The notes under the pieces: generated by a model
What the model saw: the letters and a program-made list of their open reading frames with translations, nothing else
Database searches by the model: none
What the model was told of the DNA's origin: nothing
Translations under genes and position numbers: made by a program
Assembly (NCBI GenBank): GCA_964016885.1
Contig: OZ024749.1
Coordinates: forward strand, 47,182,001-47,246,000
DNA: 64,000 nt
Direction of reading: 5' to 3'
From: Eledone cirrhosa
Lineage: Eukaryota
Shown: positions 1 to 12,764 of the stretch, in pieces
Layout: the number at the start of each line of letters is the position of its first letter
How positions within the stretch are numbered: position 1 is the stretch's first letter

Positions 1-13
1 GCAGTAATAGTAG

Positions 14-275
14 GATTATTATTATTATTATTGTTCTTTGAGTCTCAGTCATTGATGTTAGTTAACAGGAAAGTTTGTTGAAATAAATATCAAGCTACTA
101 CCTGCAGCCTCAGATATTCAGGACTTATCGAAGGGTTCTTGCTGTTCCCAGCAAGCATGCCTTTTGAAGCGTTCCAAAAAGCGTGAAGGGGCCAATCTTC
201 TTTAACCATCCCTGGAAACCTTTTGAGATAGTACCTAGTGCGCCTATGACAATCTGGACCACTTTGACTTCATGG
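14..275 (-). mobile_element. 3'-terminal fragment of R4/Dong-like RLE LINE (family 1), inverted, with (TAA)n tail
   Basis: Reverse complement of ~1078-1320 (RLE C-terminus and 3' UTR). Near-identical to 9768-10010. TTA repeat tail at ~16-32. Confidence 0.85.
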
Positions 276-1320
276 AGTGATGTCGATAGACTCTACTTAA
301 GGATATCTGAAGGTGGAAGAGGTCTTATCAGCATAGAGGACTGTGTTCAGATGGAGAAAAACAACCTACACAAATACGTGACTGATATTAAGGAGCTAAT
401 GCTCAGCATTGTACTGATGGAGAGGACAATAGACCAGGGAATGTCCAAGGAGGAAATAACAAGGAGAAAGAGCTGCCTTCATGAAAAATTCCATCATAGC
501 ACCTTCTTTGAGAAAACTGAATTCAGAAATCCACAAACATGGAACTGGTTGAAAAGAGGAGACCTTAAAAAGGCTACAGAAGGAATGTTAATGGCTGCGC
601 AAGAGCACGCCCTCAAAACGAAGTGGCTGATACACCATATTTACAAGGAGGAGGCTAGCCCACTGTGCGGGATATGTGGAGTGAGAGAGGATACTGTGGC
701 TCACATTGTATCCGAGTGTAAACACCTAGCCCAGACTCACTATAAGGGCTGGAGACATGATGTGATGGGCAGGGTGATCCACTGGCACCTATGAACAGTA
801 AACAATTTACCACATTCTGAGAAGTGGTATGATCATAAGCCAGAGTCGGTGATGGAAAACGATCATGTGAAAGTGCTGTGGGATTTTAGGATACAGACGG
901 ACAAGAAACTGGAACACAATAGACCTGACCTCGTGGTTGTGGACACAGAAAAAAGATCGTGCCTGGTTGTGGATTTGGCCTGCCCATTCGACACGAGAGT
1001 ACAGTACAAGAGAAGGAGAGGGAGAAAATGAACCGATAAGAGGACTTAAAGTGGGAGGTAAAAAGGATTTGGAACTGCCATGAAGTCAAAGTGGTCACGA
1101 TTGTCATAGGCGCACTAGGTACTATCTCAAAAAGGTTCCAGGGATGGTTAAAGAAAATTGGCCACGACCCGCTTTTTGGAACACTTCAAAAAGCATGGTT
1201 GTTGGGAACAGCAATAACCCTCCGATACGTCCTGAATATCTGAGGCTGCAGATAGTGGCTTGATATTCATTTCAACAAACTTTCCAGTTAACTAACATCA
1301 ATGACTGAGACTCAAAGAAC
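274..1320 (+). mobile_element. 5'-truncated R4/Dong-like RLE non-LTR retrotransposon (family 1), decayed ORF
   Basis: Translates to post-RT DVDRLYL..EGGRGL, CCHC knuckle CGICGVREDTVAHIVSEC, the RHD motif, and RLE RPDLVVVD..VVDLACPFD. Ends LQKAWLLGTAITLRYVLNI*. Has an in-frame stop at 792-794 and a frameshift, then a 3' UTR and microsatellite tail. Confidence 0.92.
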
Positions 1321-1546
<226 letters not shown>

Positions 1547-4180
1547 AAAATAATGACAATGATAACAACAATTAAAATAATAAATGATAATTTAAGTATT
1601 AATGGGGCTTGTTAAAATTGTTTGTTATTTATTTCTATAGTTTCTCTCTTAGTTAAATCTCTATTATGTCTACAATGTCTGTGACAGTGATGGATAGGAT
1701 ATTAACTACATTGGAGTGTCACTTTATAAGTGGATATGCAATGAAATGTCTTGACAATAATATTTCTACAAGGAAATTAGAAAGTCACAATAATATTGAA
1801 ATCCGTTTATGCTGTATTTCTACTTGTCTGATTCCATAAAAGCTAACATAATTCAAATATTAATTATTACTGCTCCAATGCATCGTTGATGAAGAGAACT
1901 ATTTGTTTCATAAATGAAAATGTATCAAAACATATTTAAATGAGTTTATATATTATCATAACCATACTTACATGCATAGAAACGCAGTATCTCACAAAAC
2001 GTCTTACTAGTTAAACGCTTATATTTACAAGCATGTACATACGCACACGCACCCACACAAACACACACGCACATACATGTGTATAGGCATGTATATGAAG
2101 GAAGGGAAAGTGCTCTTGTATGCTACAGAGCTATTTAATTATACAATAAACAACATAAGACATTTATGAAATGTTCATTCTGATGAGCGATTTCAGACGT
2201 CAATGTAATCCATATGTTGAAAATGTTGTAGGTTAAAATAAATCCCGGAAAACAATAAAACATCAACAGGAATACATAGTCATGATATAAGTTAAGATAA
2301 TGAAATCAAAATTAAAGTCATTAGAAATATACTTCACTGCTTTACGATCGTTTCTAGGTGATAATAATACATCGTACGCCTTGAATTTGTATATATATAT
2401 ATATACATTATTGAAACATATATAACTTCCATTTCCAAACAAGCTTTGCAATTAGTGAAATTTTACAACCGTAAATTTTGAAATTACTACACTGAAAACC
2501 ATAGCATTTTAATGTCAGATGTGAAATAAACCTCATACAGCACGTCAGTTATGAACAACACATAATATCCCCAGTTTAATTGACTTTATGAACATCTTAA
2601 GAACATGATTTGACATTCTGTAATGTCAGTATTAATCGTAGAGGTTATACCTCTCTTGCTTTCCTAGTGATGAATGAGGCTGCAACACCACAGGTTCACC
2701 GCATTTTAAAAGAAAAACATATTTGATTGACAATTACAGTCTTAATTGGCATTGGATACAAGTGGTCTTTGAATTATTATTTTAAATAGAACAATATTAA
2801 TTTTAATATTTTCGAGCGGCTGTCACTAGAATAATTGGCTTCCGGGACATTGCTAATTGTGATGTTGGAGCGACGATTTGTATGATCCATCATGTTTTAG
2901 ACGTCCTTAACATCAAACATTTGAAGGATTCCTTTTGGTGTACATTTCCCATTATCGAATTTGAATTGTAATTTATGAAATATTGCCTATTTCAAAAATA
3001 ATATGAATATCATCAACATAATGGATAGTTTTTTTTCCATTAACACATTAGGTTTAATATTTAGAAACAAAATCTTGAAATACAGATAATATATCCTAGG
3101 CGCATATTTGCTTCAATGAAGTGAACTATTGAATTATACTATTAATATGATTGAGTCAATACGGTTATGGGCCTACTGAATGACCAACTGAAACCAAGTA
3201 ACTCTCCTATCCAAAAGTATCGAAAATCGAAGCAGGTTCTTTTAAATTCAATAGTTACATCCTAGTACAGTAGAGCATTCTTTATATTGAATCAATTGAA
3301 ATACAGACGTATCATCATGATGATCACATATTCATGATTGGGTTTGTATGCACATGTAGGCATTGTATAAGGTAATGTTTGTCCAAATATCGAGGATACT
3401 GCACTAGTGTACCTTTATTCTGATGTTTACATTTGAAAATCCTCATTATGGAAAATTAAAGTAGTCTATTTTCCAGATTCATCTGTGAAAGTATCAGTCA
3501 GCGTTCGGTGTCGACGACAATGGACTGGTTTGAAACCAAAATATCAACTATTCAACATAGTAATCTTCAACAATTGATCATATTAAGATAACCCTATGTT
3601 TATTCACTTCCACATGATGTTTCACATAGTAACACATTTCTGTATTTACTAGAAAATTATCTGTTCAAAATCGATTTTTACACCACGAAAAATAAGAAAG
3701 TTAATTAATGTTTCACTAATTAGCGTATGTACACGATTTCTTCTGTTTCCGTGAATCGTGTTATGTAATTGCAGCCTCAACCTTAGTATATATTTTATAG
3801 GTAATCACATGTATGTTCACTCGTTATGTGAGACAAATGAGAGAATATTTGTGAATCCGCATTCCTTCATTAGATTTAATGCTCACAAATGTAACTTCTA
3901 ATAAGACGTTATCACTTCAGAAAATTGTGTATATTTCAAGAGTTCAGATACGTTAAATTGAGGACTTTTTCTAATTTCAGTATACAGTATAATCAAAACC
4001 TATACACGTCTTTCGATAACAATATATCTTGATGGAATGATGTAGGATATGGTTAGGTAAGATTTCATTTGAGCTATAGATTTACAGTATAAAATGCATG
4101 CGTATGTTTTCGAATGAATCTTGAACCAATTCACTTTTGAACATTTAAAAATGTGCTCGCATGCTACATCTATCCACGCA

Positions 4181-6515
4181 TTGAAATTTTCTTTACCATC
4201 CTTGGAAACTATTTGAGATAGTACGTAGTGCGTCTATGACGACCTTAGTTTCATAGCAGTTCCAAATCCTTTTTAACTCCCAATTTAAATCCTGGTATCA
4301 GTTAATTTTCTCCCTCTACTTTTCTTGCAATCTCGTGTCAAATGGGAAGGCTACATGTACAATGAAGCACGTTATTTTTTAGCACCTTCACCTGATCGTT
4401 TTCTATCACCGACTCCAGCTTATGCTCTTACCACTTCTCAGAATGTGGTGAATTGTTTACTTTGCATATATTCCAGTTGATCACCCTGCCTATCATATCA
4501 TGTCGCCAGCCTTTATAGTTTGCCTGGGCTAGGTGTTTACACTCGGATACACTGTGAGCCACAGCATCGCACTCTCTTCTCAGAGATCCTACCCAGTGAG
4601 CTAGCCTCATCCTTGTCTATATGGTGATCCACCCACTTCGTTTTGAGGGCTTGCTCTTGCGCAGCCATTACCATTCCTTCTGTAGCTTGTTTAAGGTCTC
4701 CTCTTTTTAACCAGTTCCATGTATGTAGATATCTAAATTCCGTTTTCTTAAAGAAGGTGATATGAAGGGATTTTTCATGAAAGTTGCACTTCCACCCCGT
4801 TGTCATTTCCTCCTGGGACATCCCCTGGTCTATTGTCTTCTCCTTCAGTACAATGCTGAGCATTTCGCTCCCTACTGTCAGTCACATATTTGTGCAGGTT
4901 GATTTTCTCCATCTGAACACAGTGCTCTATGCTGTTCAGACCACTTCCACCTTCAGATCTCTTTAAGTAGATTCTAACGACATCACTCCTCTTGTGGAAC
5001 ATGCTGTAGATAGTCAATAGCTTCCTAGTCTTCCTCTCCATTTCGTATTGTTCAGCAACATTCCATTTCAGAATTCCCACATTGTAACTAATAATTGTTT
5101 CTACTTTTGGTACTTTATGTTATCGACCCTGTAAGGATGAAAGGCAAAGTTAACCTCGGCGGGATTTGAACTCGGATCATAAAGGGAGGCAACTCTATGC
5201 TTCAAAGCATGGCGTCCGACCCTCTACCGATACTGCCAGCTCGGGAATTTACGGCACTTATGACAATCCTACTATTTAGATCTGATTTTAATACACTCCT
5301 TACTCTCCTTATGTACTCAGATCTTATCAATTCCTTCATGTTTTCTTCTTCTTGATATTTGTATCCCTCTCCAATGTCAATTTCCTATATCATATCACCT
5401 GTTGGTACCTGGATTCCGTTACTTCTGCTCAATTTACTCCTCATCATCACTAAGACTCCACACTTATTAATACCAAATTCCATAGATATATCATTGCTGA
5501 AAATACGGACCATGTCAACAAGTACATCCAGCTCTTTCTCACACTACCCAGAGAGTTTAAGATCGTCTATGAAGAAGAGGTGGTTGATGGTAAGCTCTCC
5601 TTTTTCCCAACATGTATCCTGCTCTTATGTTTCGCAATATAACAGGGCAGGGACAAATAGCAGAGGGGACATACTACCTCTCTGGTGGTTTCTCCTCTTG
5701 GTCGTCACGCCACCCAAGGATTCTCCACCCTATGTTAACTCTGTTTCCCAGGACTTCATACTTTTGCCCAACAACTGTCTGATGTTATCTGCCACCTTGA
5801 AGATCTCTAGGTTTTGTTGATCCAATAATGAGGTACCATGTCGAATGTATTTTTGCAACATATCCTTCCCATGGCAAGACTAGTGTGCTTCCTCTTGCAA
5901 TTCCTCATTATCATCTTATCAATAAGTAACTGGTCATTTGTACCACGGGACTTCTTTCGGCATCCTTTCTGTTCATCCGGTAATAAGTTGTGTATATGGA
6001 GGTGATGGTTGATTTCCTCAGACACAATGCTTGTTACATTACGGACATACATGTGATAGGCCTATAGTTGGTATAATCATTAAGCTTGATTCGGTCTTTC
6101 ATTACCAGAACTGTGGTATCTGTTATCAATTACTCTGGTACTTCACGCGACATCAAGCAGTCATTGAACATGGTTGTGAGTTTCGGGTTGAGGGATGTTA
6201 TATTTTTAATCAAATACCTTTGCACACCATCTGCGCCTGGTGATTTGCAGTTGGTTAATTGTTTGGCCTGCCCTTTAAGAGTTTCAACAGAGATACAGAA
6301 ATCAGGTGGTTGGTGTGCTTGTTCACTAATCTCCTTTTGAACTGTCTCAATCCAAACTACCTGACAATTATGTTCAACATCCTGCTCCCATACTCCACTC
6401 TCCATTTCAAACTTAATCTCTCTGTTCAGTTCATCCAGTTACAACTCGCTTATCTTTCTATTAGTTCTTATTACCCGAGCCTGCCCGGCCAAGTTTTGTT
6501 CATCTAATTTAAATT
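4181..6515 (-). mobile_element. Decayed R4/Dong-like LINE (family 1): RT, CCHC and partial RLE, internally deleted
   Basis: Minus-strand translations include KSPGADG, LLPDEQKGCRKKSRGTNDQLLIDK, KNTFDMVPHYWI, INHLFFIDDLKL (RT catalytic YxDD equivalent, ~5553-5588), DVVRIYLKRSEGG and SECKHLAQANYKGWRHD. Many stops and frameshifts. Confidence 0.92.
5093..5238 (-). mobile_element. tRNA-derived SINE (5'-truncated, internal deletion) inserted in the LINE RT region
   Basis: Matches the SINE family core (gtcgataa...gtacca, ctttgcctttcatcctt, gagttcaaatcccgccgagg). Confidence 0.9.
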
Positions 6516-6526
6516 TTATTTTCTTT

Positions 6527-7142
6527 CATTATTGTTTCTGAGATATATGCCGAGTGTTTTCCTGACATCTAGGGCAAATAAATTCAAAGTGTACATTGGT
6601 TAGCCAGTTAACACAGCACATTGATTATAATTAAACCAAACATCCGTATATGTATATACACGTGCATATGCATATGTAAATACAAGGAGGGATATCTATC
6701 TTACAGAGATAGTGCTCGTCCCAACACTTGTGCAGTACCAGTCAAAACAATTTTTGCACCTCCTGCACAGAGGGTAAACCAGGAATCATTCGCAAATACT
6801 GTTATGTTCCTTTCTTGATCATTCCCAGTCCTCCCACAATTACTGGTATTGTAACGCCGTGAGGTGCCTCATTTTCTCAATTTCAATAAGCAGACCTTTA
6901 TATGTTCGTAGCTTGTCAAATACTATTGCTGCGATATTGTGACCACAAGGGATGCTCATATCTATCAATAAACAGACCTTGTAATGTTGATCTTTTAAAA
7001 TGATGTCAGGTCTATTTGCTATTATGGTCTTGTTGGTATGTTCAGGAAAGTCCCAGATAATTGATACTTGTTCTCTTTCAGTTACAGCCTCAGGGTGATG
7101 ACTGTACCACTTATCTTCAGCTTTGATTTCGTAATGCCGACA
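6527..7142 (-). mobile_element. 3' fragment (RLE domain + 3' UTR) of a second R4-like LINE family
   Basis: Minus strand reads KWYSHHPEAVTE..SIIWDFPEHTNKTIIANRPDIILKD..CLLIDMSIP..KYK-like..TIPVIVGGLGMIKKG..LTGTAQVLGRALSL*. Nucleotide sequence is distinct from family 1. Confidence 0.88.
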
Positions 7143-8995
7143 TTGAAGGATGTTATATTTTTAATCCAATGCCCCTGCACACCATCTGGGCCTGGTGATT
7201 TCCAGTTGGTTAGTTTTTTGGCCTGCCCCTTAAGAGTTTCAACTGAGATACTCAAATCAGTTTGTTTGTGTGCCTGTTCACTAAACTCCATTTGTACTGT
7301 CTCTATCCACACTGCCTGATCATTATGTTAAACATCCTGCTCCCATATTCCTCTCCAGAATGCCTTAGTTTGTTCGGCCTCAGGGATCAAGTCGTTGCCT
7401 CTTTCTTTCCATTCAAGCTGTCCAAACAACATCTTCTGGTTGTTGTCAAACATGCGGTTCTGCCTATACTGACTGACTATGCTCTCGTATCGCCCAATAT
7501 TTGCACACTTTGCTACAATGCGTTGCTTCAGATCCTCTATGATAATATTTAGCTTGTTCCTCCTAGTTTTGTACTTTATTTCTATTTTTAGTGTCTATGT
7601 TTTTTAGTGTCCCATTCAGTAGGGACTCCAGCTTCCAATGTCATTTCTCATTTTCCTTATTTGTCCATTCAGTCGTTTCTTCTACCAGGGCTCTGATCTT
7701 TCTTGTTTGTTGTTTCCTCTCGCTTTTATGCCAAGTAATTTCCTCGCCGCATTTGCTGTTGCTTTGAGGATATTGTTGCACTGATGAAGGCTGCTCGCCT
7801 CAAGGTATGTGATGACTTCTTTACCTTAGCTGTTGTTTCTTTTAACTTTTTCCTCTCTACAAATCTTACAAATCTTAGGTTTATAGGTTTCCCACTATCA
7901 TTGTTCATTTCATCTACCACTAAGTTTAGGATATCAACCAAATCTTGTCCTAGCCCGTCAGCATTCATCTCCTCAATGGCCGTATCTTTGTTCCAGGTAT
8001 TAATTATTTCAGCATTGGTGGTGGATTCGCTGTATCGGTAGAGAGTCAGACACCATGCTTTCCAGCATAGTTACGTCCCTTTACGATCTGAGTTCAAATC
8101 CCGCCGAGGTTGACTTTGCCTTTCATCGTTACGGGGTCGATAAAATAAAAGTAGCAGTAATGCACTGGGTAATTGCTGGCCTTGTTTCTAAAGTAGAAAC
8201 AATTAGGGCAGTGGATTGGCAGTATTGGTAGAGGGTCGGACGCCAACTTTCAAGCATAGTTACGTCCCTTTCGGGTCTGATTTCAAATCCTGCCGAGGTT
8301 AACTTTGCCTTTCATGCTTACGGGGTCGATAAAATAAAGTACCAGTAATAGACTGGGTAATTGCTGGCCTTGTGCCAAAAAAGTAGAAACAATTATTTAT
8401 TTCAGCATTCAGATCATTGTTTGGTTCGGAGGGTACCTGCGTTCTCTCAACCGCTTCAGCTCCATTTCCCACTGGCTCGTTTGCCTGGCATACTCCATTC
8501 TCCACTTTCAACCTAATATCTCTGCTCAGTTCCTCCAGTTCCAGCTCACTTATCCACCCATTAGTCCTTATTACTCGAGCCTGCCCGGCCAGTTTTTGTT
8601 CATCTAATTTAAATAGACCAATCTCGTTCCAGATGCAATGCATCCGTTTCCTATAGCCTTTTTCCTTGGGGTTACTCTTCAGGTAACTTTGTATAACAGT
8701 TCTAATGAATTCTGATGTCCAGTTGGTTCTGGTCCCTTTCCTTCTTCTTCTTCCTCCGAAATCAGCAGTATTTGGTTGACAGCCAGGTCCCTGCTGCTGA
8801 GCCAGGGAACACCTGCTTAGTGAGAGACTGTCACATGATATCCCAATCTCCACTTCACCGTTATTCGAACTGTTTAGGTTCGACATTTAAACATTTTTAT
8901 CCAGGATTGGTGAATGTATGGTTACATAACCACCGGCGATTTCATCACCTCCGATGATTTAATCACCCCCCGGTGATTTTAGCGTGGCCCCATCA
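7143..8995 (-). mobile_element. 5' half of R4/Dong-like LINE family 1 (5' UTR, N-terminal domain, start of RT), interrupted by a SINE dimer
   Basis: ORF starts at ATG 8886 with NWTSEFIRTVIQSYLKSNPKEKGYRKRMHCIW..DEQKLAGQARVIRTNGWISELELEE, an N-terminal domain typical of the R4 clade. NWKSPGPDGVQGHWIK at ~7200. 7143-7350 is homologous to 6188-6395. Confidence 0.88.
8017..8396 (+). mobile_element. Tandem SINE dimer (8017-8205, 8206-8396) flanked by one 13-bp TSD
   Basis: Two full SINE units. TTATTTCAGCATT occurs at 8004-8016 and 8397-8409. Confidence 0.92.
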
Positions 8996-9286
8996 CGCTG
9001 TAGACGAACAGAAATAAGCAAATAAACAAATAGGTAAAAACCCACCAAAATAATAATAAGTTTCATTGTAATGTAATGTTTGAATGTCTGACTTAGTTTT
9101 TTTGCATGTCTGTCTGTCTGTTTGTTTTTATTTTCTTTTTTTCTTTTCTTTACGTGTTTCGTTGCTGCTGTGCTGTTTTGATTTTTATTTTTTTATTTTT
9201 TTTTATTTTTTGACCGGGTCATCAAATCAGTCTATTTATATCTGTTGATGCCTTCCTCATTTAGTGGGAATACTACGAAGCCTGTC

Positions 9287-9427
9287 TTAGCAGGAGGTAG
9301 TGGGAGAGAATATCGGCGGTAGCGATAATGAGGCAGTGGTGGTGGTGGTTATGTGCTAGTAGTACTTAGCAGGAGGTAGCAGGAGAGAATAGCGGTGGTA
9401 GCGATTATGTGGCAGTGGTGGTGGTGA
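9287..9427. repeat. Diverged tandem duplication (~79-bp period), purine/GGT-rich
   Basis: ttagcaggaggtag..gagagaata..cgg.ggtagcgat.atg.ggcagtggtggtggtg occurs at 9287 and 9366. Confidence 0.7.
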
Positions 9428-9736
9428 TGTGATCGTACTGTAGTGAATGTGTCGAAGGTGAAGGAGAAATAGAAGTTGATGTAGCTTGAATAGAGTTGTT
9501 GGCGTGGTGATGGTGGCGGTGGTGGTGTTGGTGGTGAAGTTATTTGCCTGTCTGTCCACTTAGCCATTTTTCTATCTTTCGACTATAACATTTCTGATCC
9601 AAAATTAAATATTAAATATTGGGGCCCTATGCCGTAATGTGATGCATTGTCGCTTGCTGAGAGTAAAAAAACTGTAATCTTATATTTCATTTGTAATATG
9701 AATTATTCTATCACAGTTGTTTTAAATGAGTAAACA

Positions 9737-10419
9737 TTATTATTATTGTTATTATTGTTATTATTATTGTTCTTTGAGTTTCAGTCATTGATGTTAGTTA
9801 ACTGGAAAGTATGTTGACATGCATATTAAGCCAGTACCTGCAGCCTCAGATATTCAGGACGTATCGGAGGGTTCTTGCTGTTCCCAGCAAGCATGCCTTT
9901 TGAAGTGTTCCAAAAAGTGGGGCGTGGCTAATTTTCTATAACCATCCCTGGAACCTCTTTGAGATAGTACCTAGTGCGCCTATGACAATCGGGACCACTT
10001 TGACTTCATGACAGTTCCAAATCCTTTTTACCTCCCACTTTAAGTCCTGGTATCGGTTAATTTTCTCCCTCTCCTTCTCTTGCACTTTAGTGTCGAATGG
10101 TCAGGCCAAATCCACAATCAGGCACGATCTTTTTTCCTTGTCAAAAACCACGAGGTCAGGTCTATTGTGTTCCAGTTTCTTGTCTGTCTCTATCCTAAAA
10201 TCCCACAGCACTTTCACCTGATCGTTTTCTAACACATACTCTGGCTTATGCTCATACCACTTCTCAGAATGTGGTAAATTGTCTACTTTGTATAGGTGCC
10301 AATGGATCATCCGGCCCATCACATCATGTCTCCAGCCTTTATAGTGAGTCTGGGCTAGGTGTTTACACTTGGATACAATGTGAGTCACAGTCTCCCCTCT
10401 CACTCCACAAATCCTGCAC
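9737..10419 (-). mobile_element. 5'-truncated R4/Dong-like LINE family 1 copy (CCHC + RLE + 3' UTR) between TTA repeats
   Basis: ORF 10101..10403 reads ETVTHIVSKC..RHD..VLWDF..NRPDLVVFD..IVDLA. Highly similar to 660-1320. (TTA)n on both sides. Confidence 0.93.
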
Positions 10420-10498
10420 TTATTATTACCATTATTATAAATTATTATTATTATTATTATTATATATTAATCAAATTTCTTTTCAATTTTTCATGTAG

Positions 10499-10602
10499 AT
10501 TCTTCTATGATTCTCCTGAGTCACTACTGAGAAAGAATATCGATATTAGCGCCAGATATATAACGCTAAAAAGATACGGATTAGTAGCAACTCAGCTGAA
10601 AT
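10499..10602 (+). other. Possible isolated coding exon (unassigned)
   Basis: Pyrimidine-rich acceptor tttcttttcaatttttcatgtag and donor gtatgt. Open frame FFYDSPESLLRKNIDISARYITLKRYGLVATQLK. No partner exons identified. Confidence 0.25.
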
Positions 10603-10859
10603 GTATGTTATGTATATCGTCTTCGAGTCACGAGAAAAGCCAGAAATATCACGGGAAGACGTCTGGCGCTAACGAAAACATATTTAGAACAATGCACATA
10701 TTATTGTATGTATATGATTACGCATTCAGTTCCATGCATACCATCAGGCACACATATACGTGAGTATATGTGTGGTTTTGTAGGTTCGTGTGAAGAATTA
10801 TATTTGTCTCATCTCTGCATGTGTCATGATATATGTTTATTTATAACTATATATATAAC

Positions 10860-10970
10860 TATTGTTATACTTTGGGCGGGTCATGTTGCCAATATATAAC
10901 AATATCGGTTTCAACACACGATTTCAGATAAAGAATCCTGCTAAACAAATTCAGAAACGAAATATATATA
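10860..10970. mobile_element. Head-to-head Penelope-like terminal remnant (inverted pLTR end + sense end with tail)
   Basis: 10860-10894 is the reverse complement of 39719-39753. 10895-10970 matches 39746-39810. Flanked by TA repeats. Confidence 0.75.
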
Positions 10971-11750
<780 letters not shown>

Positions 11751-12053
11751 TTGAGTCATTAATATATTCACAGATACTTCTACTATTCAAAGCAACATTT
11801 AAGAAATCGAAGATTGTGTTGCTTTGAACTTACTTAAAACAAGGTTATCGTTTGCTCTGAAGATATACGCCACGTATTATGTACACATTGAAAATAACTG
11901 TACATATTGATGTATGTTAACTATTTTCAAATAAATTAATAGCTCTGCTATTCCTTTATAATGGACACACTCGCACACATGCACACACACACACACACAC
12001 ACGCGCGCACATACACACACACACACACACACATACACACACACACACACACA

Positions 12054-12090
<37 letters not shown>

Positions 12091-12095
<5 letters not shown>

Positions 12096-12711
12096 TGCTT
12101 ACAAACAAACCGAACATTATAATGAATATTCGGTAATCCCATACGTACATATATATATATATATATGTGCATTTGTTTATCTATATACATACTACTGTAC
12201 GTCTGTATACATATATGTATGTATGTATACATACTTATATTTAAGTATCAACCGTACTAAGAGTGAGAGACGAAATTTCACTTTTTCCATATATCGTTTT
12301 CGCCCGGCCGACTAACTCGCTCGATATGCAAATTATGCTGCTCAGCCGTTAATATACATAAGAGAAGTATATACTTTGAAACGTTTAATCAATTGACATG
12401 AAGGTATACGGTACTGAGACAGCTAATACACTAGAAACTAGTTCATTGTTCCTTTGTCAGTGTTGAACAGAAGGGCAACGATGTTTGCCGAACACTGTAC
12501 GGCTTAATTCTGGATGTTTGTTTACAAGCAAACCAAACATTATAATAACTGTTCGGTAAACCAATACGTACTTACATATATATGTGTGTGTGCATGTATT
12601 TATGTATATACATACTACTGTACATCTGTATCCATATATGTATGTACGTATACATACTTATATTTAGGTATCCGCCGTACTATGAGTGATAAACGAAATT
12701 TTATTTTTCCA

Positions 12712-12715
<4 letters not shown>
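12091..12715 (+). repeat. ~200-bp direct repeats (12091-12292, 12514-12713) with ~220-bp spacer, between TA tracts; possible partial-tandem pLTR
   Basis: Aligned by eye: atgtttg.ttacaa.caaacc.aacattataat ... catactactgtac ... ccgtacta.gagtga...acgaaattt.a.tttttccat. Confidence 0.7.

Positions 12716-12764
<49 letters not shown>

Noticed and set aside
183-794. 203-aa ORF as a gene
   Set aside because: Chimeric: the first ~30 codons are antisense LINE sequence and the rest is a broken LINE ORF.
2165-2205. GAAA..TC..CTGATGA string (similar CTGATGA hits at ~17166, ~17441, ~29083)
   Set aside because: No compatible stems I-III.
7775-7812. CTGATGA-AGGC..GCCT hammerhead-like start
   Set aside because: Followed by CAAG rather than GAAA; antisense to LINE coding sequence.
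10546-10672. 11-bp inverted repeat ttagcgccaga/tctggcgctaa as MITE ends
   Set aside because: Short, no TSD, no second copy in the window.
11786-11829. 12-bp hairpin ttcaaagcaaca/tgttgctttgaa
   Set aside because: Too short to assign; no family support.
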